A DNA stretch of 64,000 nucleotides from Camelus dromedarius. Taxonomy: Eukaryota. The first letter of the stretch is position 1, and each line of letters opens with the position of its first letter. Position numbers and translations under genes: made by a program. This document shows, piece after piece, positions 37,680-51,100 of this stretch. The notes under the pieces are model-generated. The model did no database searches, was not told where the DNA came from, and saw nothing but the letters and a program-made list of their open reading frames with translations. The stretch spans positions 79,672,001 to 79,736,000 of the forward strand of contig NC_087436.1 in assembly GCF_036321535.1 (NCBI RefSeq), written 5' to 3'.

Positions 37680-40620
37680 CAATCACAAATCACCAAGAGT
37701 GTCAAAAAACAAAATCAAAACTGAAAATCAAAAGAAGAAAGAAAGACTAAAAGCAGACTCATAGATGACTCAGAAATTGAAGTTATTAGACATAGACTTT
37801 TAAATAACTATGATTGATATGTTGAAGAAATAGAAAAATAGATGATACATTTCAATAGAAGACTAGAATCTATAAAAAATAAATCAACAGAATATATTAA
37901 TAAAAAAGCTAGATGAATTCCAAGTAAAATCTAGAGTTGGTTAATAGTGATGTACCAATATCAGTTTCTTAGTTTTTGACAAATGTACCATGGTAATATA
38001 AGATGCTAACAACTGGGGAAACTGGCCAAGGGATATACAGGAACTCTCCAAAATTATTTACTTATCATATATTTCAAACTATTAAAATATTAACTACATG
38101 AGGGTAGGGATGTCGGCTTATTTTGACTATTGCTGTTTCCCCAGGCCCCACCTTGAGCAGTGCCTGACTCATGCTCGGTATTCAAGAAACAATTTTTTAT
38201 TACATTAGTGCATGTTTTAAAATTTTATTATCTTTATAATTTATTTATTCTACTTGCCTTTGGTTTATTCTATACTTTTTACAAATTCTTAAGTTTGATG
38301 CTTATTTAGATAATTAATTTTCACATTTTCTTCTTTTCTAATATATGTTCTTAAGCTTAAATTACTCTCTAATTTCTACATTGTCATAATTTTAATATGG
38401 AATATTTCTAATACCGTACTATTGTAAATATTTTCTAATTTCCATTAGAATTTCTTTTTTGACCAAAAACTGCTTATATTTGGCTTTTTAGAATTTCCAA
38501 ACATACAAGTTTTTCCTAGTTATATTTTTGATATCAATTTCTAACTTTTTTGCAATATAATAGAACATTTTTTGGTTAATATTTACTTAGTATATATTTT
38601 TCTAAAATTTTACTTTAAAACTATGCCATCAATGTCCTTAGCTTTTGTGCATATCTCTGTTAAATAGCATTTAGTTGGATTTAAAAAAAAATCTAGTCTT
38701 AACAATCTTTGTTTTTATCATAGAGTTTAATCTATTATAGATACATTTAGATTCTTTTTTTATTATTTGATTTTGTGTCCTCTATTTGTTCTTCTTTTAC
38801 ATTTTCTATTTTTTCTTTTTTTATCCTTTTTTGAATTGATATAGTTTTTTTTTTCTCCACCCTTCCTTGCCCCACTTTCTGCTAGTTTGGGGGTTCCTCA
38901 ATCTGTATCAACTGATCTTTTTTCCCCTCTACATTTGATAATAAATTCCTGACCTGATGCCCCAACTCCCACTAACATTTTTTTTTTTTTTGGTGTATTT
39001 CCTATAAGCAATGAAATTCTTCTACATAATTATGATATAATAATCAAAAATCAGGAAATTAACATTGATACATTATTACCATCTAATCCCCAGACCACAT
39101 TTAGTTTTCACGAGATACTCTAAAATGTTCTTTAGATGAAAATGATACAGTTTAGAATCACATGTTCTCTTCAGTTGTCATGTTGCTTTCATCTTCTTCA
39201 GTTTGGAAAAGTTTCTCAGTCTTTCTTGGATTTTCATGACCTGAACACTTTTGAAGATTTAGGATGTCCCTCAGTTTGGATTTGTCTGCTGCTTCCTCAT
39301 GACTAGATTCAGGTTATGCATCTTTGATAGGAATACCAAGAAGTGATGCTATGTTCTTCTCATTGCATTCTGTTGGGTGGCATGCCATTTTGTTTGTCCC
39401 ATTACTGATGATGGTGTTCACTAGACTAAGGAAGTGTCCACCAGTCTTCTTTGCTATAGCTATTCTAGGCCTGGCGTCAAGACTAGCTGGAGAGACTTGC
39501 AAAGGCCCAGAAAACGCCAGGCAGGGTAAATAAATAAGTTGTCTATGTACAGGTAATCAATAGCTTATCATTCTCACAAGCAGTACAGGTTCTTTAAAAT
39601 ACCTTGGTTTAGAAACTTTCTCTCCTTACTTGTATACTACTGTCCAGTTTTTCATTTTCTTTGCATTTTTATATCAGTTTTTTTCAGGTAGTATTTGCAT
39701 GGTATATCTTTTTCCTTCTTTTAGCTTTTACTTTTCTGTATGTTTTAGGTATGTGGTTTGCAAACAGTTATATGAAGTTTTTGTTATTTTTTCACTTCTT
39801 TTACCTTTAACCAATGATACTAAATATACTTTGGAATTTTTGTGGGAGTTTTTCTAATGGTTGCTTTTATAACAAGTTTATATTTAATTTCCTCTTTCTT
39901 TTGATAGTATCTACTGACTCCTTATTATGATTAATTACAGAGTTAGTACATTTCCATTTACTACATATCCTCTTCTCCCTCCCTTCTAATACCTGGTTTT
40001 GATAAATTATATTATTTTAATAGTTTTTCTCTTTATATTTTACATATGCTTCTACCGTGATTAGCTGTTTTGTCAGCTTTAAATTTTATCTTTTTATCCC
40101 TGGCTTTTAAAAAATGAGGAAATTAGTATACTTGCACTGTTTCCCACCTTCTCTTCTCCTTCACTCTCCAATGTATACTAATTTTATCATTTCTACACTG
40201 TCAAGGTTTAAAATATTTACGTTTTTCTCTGAAATCATTGTTCTCACATTTATTTTCTTTTTGATTCTGTAGCTAAATTGATTCAATTATTATTGGCAGT
40301 CTTTTTGCCATTGTTTCTTTATTCATCTTTTGATTGACTGAAGTTCCTTCTCTAGTAGTTTCTTCAAGAAATTCTTACATGTTAACAATGTTTACCTATT
40401 GCCTTTCACTTGAACAAAAGTTCATCTGTGAGTAAAATACTTAGGTCACATGATTGTTTCTCAAGGAATTTATAGGCATCACTCCACCTTCTTTTACCCT
40501 TTAGTGTTGCTGTTGTTAATATTGTTTTTGGACAGGCTGGTATTTTTCTCTTTCTAGATGACCTGATCTGTTTCCTGGATGCTTAAGAGTCTTTTTAATT
40601 TTTATTGAACTTTGACATCC
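37680..40620. mobile_element. Patchwork of ancient L1M (ME/MC/MD-like) fragments, mostly minus strand with plus-strand pieces at ~37680-38050
   Basis: Very T-rich degenerate L1-like sequence; L1MC-like 3' end at ~38990-39460. Confidence 0.6.
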
Positions 40621-41031
40621 AGTATTTTTACCTGGACATTTACCATGTTCATTGTGGCAGATGTTGTAGATTTTTTTTCATCCAATTTCATCCCAACTCT
40701 CATTAAGCATTCCATCTACCAAAGAGTGCATATTCTAGAATTCCCTGAAGCTCAGATTCTGCTTGTAATTTAGCTGCCACAAATGACTCATGTGAGATTC
40801 AAAAAGTGGCAGAGGGTCAACGGCAAAGTTTCTTCTGCTGCCACCACTTTTGCTGGAAAACCCAGGATTGCAAGCATTTGCTTTATTCTTTAGCAGCAGT
40901 ACCAGACATGTCAGTGTCTGGTCCTTCTGTTTAGAGGTGTCAAGAGACTGTAGGTGGAATAACCATTGGTTGGCATGGATCATAGCTGATTGTTGGTGAT
41001 AACAGAGCCAGCAGTGATAGCAGTGACTTCC

Positions 41032-41397
41032 TATTATGGATAGAATGTTTGTGTGCCCCCAAAATTTATATTTTGAAATCCTAACTCCCAATGTGATGGT
41101 ATTAGGAGATGGCGCTTTGAGGAGGTGATTAGGTCATGACGGTGAAGCCCTCAAGAATGGCATTAATGTCCTTATAAAAGAGACTGCAGAGATCTCCCTT
41201 GATCCTTCTGCCAGGTGAGGACACATGAGAAGACAGCTGCTGTGAACCATGAATCAAGCTACCACCAGACACAGAAACTGCTGATATCTTGATCTTGAAC
41301 TCCCCAGCCTCCAGAACTGTGAGAAATAAATATTTGTTGTTTGAGTCACTCAGTGTATACTGCTTTTGTTATGACAGTCCAAACGAAATACAGACAG
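41032..41397 (+). mobile_element. MaLR solo LTR (MLT1A-like), apparently nested in an older LTR-like sequence (~40650-41680)
   Basis: GAATGTTTGTGTGCCCCCAAAATT..TGAAATCCTAAC..CCAGCCTCCAGAACTGTGAGAAATAAA. Confidence 0.85.
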
Positions 41398-42164
41398 CCT
41401 TGATCTCTGGATTAGGGCAAAGGTGGTATTCAAACTAGTGTTTGCACACGAGGTGGCTCTTTTACTGATCTGCAATTTCTTAATCATGGTAGAAGTTGCA
41501 GCCCCCCTAGATGGGCTAGTTTTGTGGTGGTATTCCGGAAGTTATCCTTGAAAGGTCGGACTAGAGACTTCTTTTAAAAAGCCCTTTCAACTTTTGTGTA
41601 AGCAGGTAATCCCCATGTATAAATCTGAAGAGAGCTGGAGTGTTTAATTTATCTGCAGTTGAGCCTGTTCGATATAATTACTCTGCATCATATTTTCCTG
41701 GGACTTAGTGTGCTCTTTCAGTCTGTCTAAGACTCAAGTCTTATTCCTGTGACGTTTTCTTAAGTTAAATCGATACATATTATTTTTTTTGAGGGTTCAG
41801 TTCTTCAGAGAAATCAATTATCAATATATTGGATTAATTTTGTCTGTTTTAACCATAACTTTTTCTTTCTAAACTGTTTTAACCATTTTTTCATTTTTAT
41901 TTTGTCCTGCTTATTTTTATCCCATCTTCCATGTCCTTTATTTTTTTGTGGCAGTTTCTACTATTCTCTGTGCTGCTTTCAACGTGGCCTGAATTTTTGA
42001 GATTTTTTTTTTTGTTTTACTTTTTTTCTGAGATCTGCCAACTCATGTTTATGTTTTTTGTCTTTCTATATCTTCTTGAACTATTCTATTTCTGTCTTGA
42101 GCTCTTGTTTTGATTACTGAACTTTTTAAACATTGTTATTGAACTGTGTTCAATTGAACTTTTT

Positions 42165-42259
42165 TTTTAAACATTTTTTAGTGATTTATAATCATTTTAC
42201 AATGTTGTGTCAAATTCCAGTGTTCAGCACAATTTTTCAGTTATTCATGGACATATACA
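42165..42259 (-). mobile_element. Ultra-short (~95 bp) young L1 3' tail
   Basis: TSD TCAATTGAACTTTTT at 42150-42164 and 42260-42274; near-identical to 22201-22295. Confidence 0.9.
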
Positions 42260-45200
42260 TCAATTGAACTTTTTAAACATTGTTATTGAACTGTGTTCAA
42301 CTGAACTTTTTAAACATTGGGCAATATATCTGGTTATGTCAGATCTAGATAACATTTTTCTCAGTGTTTCTTTGTCATTATTTTAAAACGTCTTCTTTTT
42401 CTTCTTATATTTTTGCATAGATTCTGTGCTGATTACTTTTTTCCTTCCTTTGTCCCTTATTTAATTTTAATTTTTTATTTTTTAACATCTTTATTGTGAT
42501 ATGATTCCTGTACAGTAAACCACATATTTCAAATGTACAATTTGATGAATTTCGATAAATATATACATCCATAAAACCACCACAATAATCAGGATAGCTA
42601 ACATTTCCATCACTCCCCGAGAGATCCAATTTTCGAATTCCCAGTTTATCCCCTTTATCCCTTCCCACCCCCTTATGCTGATTACTTTTTAGAAGTTATT
42701 CTTTATTTTTTAAAGTCTTGAATTTTTCTTGGAAACACTATTTGCAGGAGTTCTGAGTAGAGGGCAGGCTAGGACAGCGTTCCTGATTTGCCACATAGAG
42801 TGGTGTGTGTATCTTCTTCCAGACTTTATTGCTCCCCAGCTGGTGGAGATGGACAGCTGTATGTCTGCTTATGACGCTGTCTCTCTTCCATCTCTCCTCC
42901 TGATATACTGTTTTGAACAAATATCTGTGCTCTTCTGACTTCTTGCTTAGTCTCTTTTTGCCTGTTTCTCTCTGTTATGAAGGGACACTTCCACCACCAG
43001 CCTTTACTTCCTGTTTCTGTTGAGCCAAACAGGGGAACGTCAGTTCTCTCTCCTTAGGTAAGCTGTTCTCTGGGGGTTTGTCTGAGATTCACAGCTGTAG
43101 GCATTTTTTTCTCAGTTATGAGAAACTGAGAAAACTGAGTTTTCTAACTGAGCTTTCTTGATTTCAGCAGCTGTCCTCACATATTGTGTTTTAGGGTCAC
43201 AGATTTCTCCTGGTTTTATAGAAGGTGGCGTTTGCATTCCTGGTTTTTGTTTTCCTACTTTTGCATTGGTTTGTGGAAGTTTTGAATAGATTTAAGAGCC
43301 ATGGTACTCTCTGTGTTACGATAAGATTGATGCATTAGTAAGGAGTGATCATAAAGACTGGAAGTGAAACTAGCTTCAAAACACATGTACTAAAATCCAT
43401 CTTATCATTACATATAAAGAAATTATTTGTCCTGTAATATAACAGAATTTGGGGAATGGTGAGACACTGTATTTATATTCTCTTCTTTTTCTCCTCTTTT
43501 TTTTTAGGACTTTAGGTGCCCAGAAATGAGTTGATCTGACTCCTTATTTTGTTGCACAGATGTGACCATCTGTCCAACCAAGCCTCTTTTATTTTATTTC
43601 ATAATTTCCCTTTCATCTATGGTCCTCTCTCCAATTCCTCTTCCTTACTCTACCAGCACTTACTTTATTTATTCAGCCAATCACCGTTATATAGTTTTAG
43701 ATATGTGTATATTTAAAAAATATATGATGTCATTTTGTGGGTATTTGCTTATTAATTTGCTTTAGCACTAATGGGCTATGAATCTCATTTTGTTTCTTAT
43801 AGTTTTGCCAAAGACTTAACTTTTCAGATCTATTCATATCGCTCTGTTTATATTGTCCAGCTTCTGACTGCTTCCAGGATCCACCGCGTGCATTTACTCT
43901 GATTTACTTACACGTTCCCCTGGTAATGAGTACTTAGGTTGCCTTTAACTCTTTGCTTCCACGAACAACAATCTAATGGGTGTGTTTGTCTTTGTTTGGA
44001 ACTTGAATACAGTATATTCAAGATAGCTCAAGTCATTTAGAATGGCTGTAGCATAAATTTAGGGATAACATGTGCATAATGAGAACAGAGTAGGCGCTTG
44101 ATAAATAGCAGTGATTATTACTGCTTTAAATTTATCTATAAGATGAGGAGGCTGAATAACTTCATATCTAAGTTATAATTCTGTGTTATGAGTCTCTGGC
44201 ATGAAACATGCTAACTGCAGTTACTTCAGTATAAGTATTTTGTATACACATACTTATGCATTTACCTTCAGGCAGGATTGTTTCCATACCAGAAGAAAAA
44301 TCTGACCACATAGTAAGGAGTGATTGGCTGGTCGTTTTTTCCCATGAGAAGTTTATGGTCCTTCATTAATTTAATTTCTGCTTGGTCATTCAGTTGAAAT
44401 GAAAATAGTAGCATATAAAGCTAGTACTTAAAGGGCTTTCTAAGTCTCTGGGTTTTTTTTTGAAAATAGATTAGTACATCAGTGCTAATGTCCCATTACA
44501 AACAATACCATCGCTTTTCATTTTTAGAAAATGTACCATATATGAAATTCATACATTTAAAATATATTGCATGTAGACACATGGGCTCTGTTTTCTACTT
44601 TATAGTAGAGAAATGAGTAAGAGTGGGTCTTAATTGGTCAGGACCTTGCTCCAGCGGCTGAACTTCTAGGCAATGCCACTGCCTGATGGATCTTGAACTT
44701 GTTTTCTCTGGGTCTTGGCTGAGCTCAGATAAAAAGAGAGAGAGCACTGTGCTGGGAGTCACAAAACTAAGGTTTAAATTTTGACTTTATCACTAACTAG
44801 CTATGTGACAATGGGATGAATCACTTAAATTCTTAGAGACTCAGTTCTCTCATTGGTAAAATCAGGATAATTCTTGATAATCTCATAGGGCAATGGGACT
44901 TAAGCATATCATTTAAGTCTTTGGACCTCTCTTTTTTTGCAATTTGAAGAAACTTGGATTACTCTTTCGAAGTTTTATTTTAATGCAAGAAATCTAGAAA
45001 CCACATTATCTGTAAGAAGATATTATATGTGAAAGTAATTGCAAAACTGAAAAATACCACACAAAAGGGATGTAGTAAACGTTCAGGCATGGTTAGTTCT
45101 CTTTGCCTTTTGTTGCGTAATTCATACTGCAGCATCACACAGCACAACCATGTAAATGCCAAGTAAACAGATTGCTCGAAGTACTCAAATATGCTGGGAA

Positions 45201-45371
45201 AAGCTCTGATGATGACTTACGGAAGGTTTTTATTCACTTATTAATCATTTCATATCATTCACATTTTGGTTCTATACCAGCTGGTGTTGCCATGAATCTT
45301 CTCTGAGCTGCCCTTGTATTTCCTAGCTTCTACCTTCTGAACTAGAATAAAAGATAACTGCAGAGATATCA

Positions 45372-45560
45372 TCACTATATATACAATAGATAAACAACAA
45401 CAGGGTTATAGCACAGGGAACTATATTCAATTTCTTGTAATAAGCTGTAATGGAAAAGAATCTGAAAAAAAAAGTATGTATATATATAACTGAATTGCTT
45501 TGTTATACACCTGAAACTAACATTATAAATTAACTATACTTCAATTTAAAAAAAGAGAAA
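45372..45560 (+). mobile_element. L1 3'UTR fragment
   Basis: TATAGCACAGGGAACTATATTCAA...ACACCTGAAACTAAC...TATACTTCAATTTAAAAAAA, the reverse of the L1 3' end seen at 21860-22060. Confidence 0.8.
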
Positions 45561-45734
45561 ATAAGAAGAAAGATAATTATAGCAGACACTTAATAAACAT
45601 TTATAAATTGAACAGGTTTGATTTCTTTTTTTTCACTCATTGAAACTTAGGGTAGTCTCATTTTGAGATCTGTTGGAGTTAAAGATGTCATACCTGTGTG
45701 CAGCTTAGCTACCACAATCAGTCATTAAGTGTCA

Positions 45735-47640
45735 TCCATCCATCCGTTCATTTAATGTTGACTGAGTACTTATCAGGTGCAGGCACTGTGCTGGGTTCTG
45801 TGTATCAGTGATGAACAGGGGAAGGTTTCTAATCCCTCAGCTCACAGGCTAGTCAAGAGACACACATATTTACAATACAGTGTCCTAAATGTTATAATAC
45901 CTAAGTGGATATAAAACAGTAAAGGCATCCAGTTGAGGAGAAGTAATAGTCTGGGAAGGCCAGGGAAAGCTTCCAAGGAGAAATGAAGTCTATTTGTGTA
46001 CTGAGAGCTAGAATGGAATACAACTAACAGAACAGTGGGGGAAGGACCATTTGATGAGAACCTTGAAATGTCCCTCTGGAAAAGCATGACCAGAGTCATG
46101 GAGTAGCTAAGGAACTTAGCAGGTAGAGCTAGTGACTTACTTTGAGGCAATGCTCACAGTATGGAGGGCATGAGTTTGAGGCTCAGTGGTCTGGGTTTGA
46201 CTCCAACCTCTGCCACTTTCTAGATGCATGTAACCCTGGGAAGTTACTCAGTCTTTCCGTGTTTCAATTTTGTCATCTGAAAAGTAAAAGTTAGCTGTGT
46301 ATACTTTATAGAGATAATGGTTTAATACAGTTTGTTCATATACTCATTCAACCGTGGGCTCACTGAGTGTCACCTCTGCATCAGGCACGGCTGCTGCACA
46401 ATCCTTCAGGTGAAAGATGATGGGGTTCTGAATGGAACAGAAAGAGATGAGGATCGAGAGGAGGAGGGGGAATTGAGAGACATTTAGAAGAAGGTGTACC
46501 AAAGCCTGATGCCTGATTGTGTACAGAGGAAGTGGCTTTGACTGATTTCTGTTTATTGCGTGAGCTTTTGGGTAGAGGAAATAACTATCTGGAGATCTGG
46601 AAATAACTGGGGTAGGAGCCAGCCTCCTGAGGGAAGGAATGTGGAGCCTGAAAATGGAGATGATAAAGCCATGGAAGGTGCTGCCCAGTGGGTAGAGTGT
46701 GGTGGGCATACTATTTAAGCTATTGTGGAGGAAAGATGGCCAGGAAAGGGAATTGAGCAAGAATTTTTCTTAGAGGAGGATTAAGGAAAGACTGATAGCT
46801 AAGAAGAGATGGTCAAATGTGTGAAAATCCAATAAAGATAAGAAGTAAGTAGAAAGTATAGATTTGATTAGGACCTTGAATGTTGTAAGAGATCTAGGGA
46901 ACTACAATTTCAGTGAAGAGGTGGAAGTGGAAGCAGGGTTGTGGTGAATTAGGGAGTGAATAGGAGGTGAAGAAAAGGATAGCATGGAAGGAGGCTAGGG
47001 TTTCAGGCAGTGGCTGTTAATCAGGCATGATTATGGTCCCCAGGGAAAGTACTGATCCTACAATAAGTGGTGCTTCCCATCCTGCACGCCATCTTAGCTC
47101 TGTGGTCCACCTGGCCAGCCAGCCCATCACCACTTCTGGTCTGACAGGTGGAGGATCACTACTGATAGCTTTATTTCTCTCAGAATGTGGAGCAAGGTCA
47201 TCAGAGTGAGGGGAGGAGGGGAATGGGGCAAGGGTTCAGAATAGCTCTTGAAGGGCAGTGAGTGGGAGCTAACTCAGGACAGGTTGAGAAATGGTGTTGA
47301 GAATTCAGCTGAGATCAGAAAACATAAATCTGCAGTGGCATTAATGTGTAGGGTTGTGTGATTCTCTCCAGCTGGGCTTGGCAGTCTTGGCGTAGGCATA
47401 GAAAAGATGGATTGCTGGAGGAATCTGGAGTTGGAGGGGTACATGGCAGAGGCAAAGGGTTGAGGAAATTGAAGGTGCTAAGAGGAGCAAGGTTGAAATG
47501 ATGCACCATGGGGTCCTGGCTCAGTAGGGAAGGAAACAAAGCCAGAGGGGGCTGATAGTCTAGTGGAGAATGGAAGGATCAAGGGAGTGGAGGTCTCCTT
47601 GAGGTCAAAATGCTGGTGAAATAGGGTGTGAGAGAGTTGG
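45735..47640 (-). mobile_element. LINE-2 fragments (with a MIR at ~46160-46320)
   Basis: L2 3' end CATTCATT..TGAGTACTTATCAGGTGCAGGCACTGTGCTGGG followed by purine-rich L2 body. Confidence 0.7.
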
Positions 47641-47862
47641 ACCTCCTTCTCTTATCCCCATTTCTGCATGACTGTAATTATTTAGTGACGCTGTCATGGC
47701 TCTCCCTAGTGTACATTTTAATGACTAAAAGCATTATTACAAATGGGCACTAAATGTGCCATTAAAATAGTTCTGCTCTACATTTGAGTATGCTCAACGA
47801 AATGTACCAGACTCAACTGACTACTGGAATGAGAAAGAAAAGAGAAATATAGGGAGCTAGCC

Positions 47863-47897
47863 AAAAACAAAAAACAAAAAACAAAAAACAAAAAAAC
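47863..47897. repeat. (AAAAAAC)n simple repeat, ~5 units
   Basis: Direct reading. Confidence 0.9.
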
Positions 47898-49099
47898 CCC
47901 TAAGTCACTTTTTGTAAATTGCTTTAAACCATTAAATAAATTAAGCTTCTGTGGGGTATATGCACGCATTTCATGGAGTTCCAATTTAGCAATTACTGTT
48001 TCTGCAGCAAAGTCAATAAAATATGCATCCATAATCATACAGAGAAAATATGTCCAGGGGACTTCAAGATTGAGTCTTGATTCAGAAAATATTCTCAGAT
48101 AAGGTCAACTAATTAAAATGTATCAAGTTAAACACTGAACTCTGGTTTATGAAAACTTTTCTTTTTGATACTTTTATTTTTTGAATCGATTGTAATACAT
48201 GGTTTAAACATTAAAGTGATATAAAAGGCATATGCTGAAAAATCTCAATCCCACCTTGTCCCTATCCACCCGGTTCCCCTTGCTCCTGTTTTTTATTCCT
48301 CCAGTGTTTCCTTTTGCCAATCCAAGCACATACACACATGAATGTTCTTATTCCTGTGCATGTTTTTGCTCAGAGATTTGCATACCATAGATGCTATTAA
48401 GCACCTTGATTTTGTTTCCCACTTAAATATATCCAGAGATATTGCCTTATCAGTTAAAAACATTAATTTTTTTTTTGCAGCTATATAGTGTGCCATGGTG
48501 TTGATTACCATAATTTAACCAATCTTACTTGGGTAGTTACCAATATTTTCCCAATATTTCGTAAAATAGGTTACTATGTATGGGTCTAAGTGTATCAGTA
48601 AAGAAAGTCTCAGATGTATGATTGCTGAGTTAAAGGGGAAATGCATTTGTAATTCGGGTAGCTCTTGCCAGGCTCCACTCCGAAAGGATTCACATTCCCA
48701 CTAGTTTCCACTAGTTGAAAATACTCGTTGGGGTAACTATTTTAATATTGAGTTTATCCACTAACAACACACTCTGAAGTCAAAGTCAGGTGATTTTTGA
48801 AAGGCTGTAAGGACATTGTGAAAATAATAAACATCACCAACATAGGACCAGGGTTGGTGCTAGTATTTCATCCTGAACCAAATCTATGAGATTTCTTGTG
48901 ATGACTGATGTAGGCACAGGGTATGACAACGTTGCATCACCAGCTGTAACATTTGTAGAGTGATTTTTAATTTACAAAATGCTTCAGTATAAACCTATTT
49001 AACACACATTTATTAAGCACCTACTATATGTTTGACAGATGAGGGATATGAGTATTGCTTCTTCCTTTGTTTTGCACATAAAGGAGCCTTCAGAATTAG

Positions 49100-49980
49100 T
49101 CACATGTACCCACTGAGACTTTTGAAAACTTTCATATCCCCTTATACATTTTAAGTGTAACTAGAATAGTGGAAAGGGTGTATTTCCATTGTATTGTAAA
49201 TATAGGCCTTTTAGATAAAACATTGTAGATATGGAGCTTTTATATAACATTGTTACATCACCCTTTAAACTGCATCCAATGTAATCTAACTACTGATTTG
49301 ATATCTACAATCACCTATTTAAAAATATACAAATGAACTCTTCTTTTAACAGGCTGAACATTTACATCATTTATTTTTCTTTTGAATTCATATTCCCATT
49401 TCACTTCTCCCAAAGAATTTTATCTTTATGTAATATATTTTATGCTTAAAGTCTTAAAGTCTATGTCATAATTCTCTGCTACAAAATAAGGATATACATT
49501 GATATTTTAATTAATTTTTTCCTCTAGCCATCAAGTTGTAAATGCTAAAACATTATTGACTAAATTCTTATTATGATTTTAATAGTACACAATTGGTTAA
49601 AAAACAAGTATATTACACATTTTGATAAATAACTTAAAAAGACAAACTTTCACTGAAAAAGTATTTTTATAAAATGGCTAGGGCTATATTTTTTAATTAG
49701 TTCAACTAAATTTTAGTTTAATTGAATTGTGGATGTCTCAGTGTTGCTAAAATAAGACAGAGTTCAGCATAATTCTTAGTTTTTACTTTTATGAATGAAA
49801 ATACTGAAGTACTTTTTAAGTAAATGAGAAGCTGAGGGGAAATAAGTTTCATTATAACAACATTTCTCAATTTTCTGAAATTCTGATATATACTCAAATC
49901 AATAATCAAAAAGTATTTTTAATGATCCATTAGGTGACAATTCAATTAGATCTCCTTAAATGTGGCTGAAAGAAAAGAAT
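49100..49980 (-). mobile_element. Degenerate hAT-Charlie transposon 3' part
   Basis: Minus-strand remnants DLIELS and KTKNYAELCLILATLRHPQF resemble the hAT C-terminal dimerisation region; AT-rich. Confidence 0.45.
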
Positions 49981-50659
49981 TAGAAACAATGACAAACATA
50001 TATTTTCCAACTGGCTCTTTGTTTGGTACCCTCAAGGTCTTTATGCCTTGGGGTCATGTACCTTGGGTGAGATTGGAAAGAAAGAAAAGCATACCTGTTT
50101 TGCAAGAAGGGAGAAATGAAAGAGAAAGTGAGAAATAAGAGCTTGTTCTTTTTCAACAAGCTTTCTCTCAGGCAAAATTAGTTTTAGGAGAGAGTACATA
50201 TAAAAACTGAGGATCTGGAAACTAACTCCTTTAAAGTCTCTCCTGACCACTCATCCCTTGGAAAACCCTTTTGTGTTTCTAGAGATGCACATATATCAGT
50301 TTAAAGACCCCTGGAGTAGCTGATCCCCTATGGACCAAGTTCAAAACCAGGTCACCAGGTAGGTTGACTGCCAGAGTCAAGGAATAACACTGAATGAGGG
50401 CTGCCAAGGAAGTAGGCAGGATGAGAGGGAGGAGGAGGAGACATGCCAGCCAGGGAGAAGGACCTGAAGGAACTTCACTTTGACAATGTCCTATACTTTT
50501 TATGTAGTTTGGCATGGGCATCCCAAAGTGAACCAGGTCTTTCTAAAATGACTAGAACAAAACATAAAATTACCAGAAAATGCATTTTGTATTACATTGT
50601 AATCATGTATTTACATGCCTACTGTATGTGTTAAGATCTGAATGGCCAAGAATAAGAAG

Positions 50660-51100
50660 TGGTATCCTAGTTAAGAATACAAGCTGTAGAGGCCCAGGGC
50701 TTTGCCTGGAACCCTGATTCCATGAGTTCATGAACACAGGCAAATTACTTAACTGTTGTAAGTATCAGTTTCCTGTGTCTGCTAATAATTATACCTAGCC
50801 CATGTGCTTTTGTGAGAATTAAATAAAATAATCTAAGTCAAGCTATGAGCACAGTGCCAGGTCATTCCGTATTTATTCAGCCAAGAATGCTAATTCAGCT
50901 AAATACAAACTAATAGGGGGAGGCAGCTAGGCAAACATATAAGGGCCACAAAGTGTTGCACAACAGATGTATGAAGTTGGTAGTTTTAATCTCATTTTAT
51001 AGATGTGGAAGTGGAGGTTAGAGGAATTTAAGCTATGTGCTTAATTAAGATTAGCAACCAGTAAGTGGAGAGCACAAACCTGACTCAGAATGTTGGACCC
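50660..51100. mobile_element. Two MIRs (50660-50880 +, 50970-51100 -)
   Basis: GGCAAATTACTTAAC..TCAGTTTCCT..GTGAGAATTAAAT; CTCATTTTATAGATGTGGAAGTGGAGG. Confidence 0.7.
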
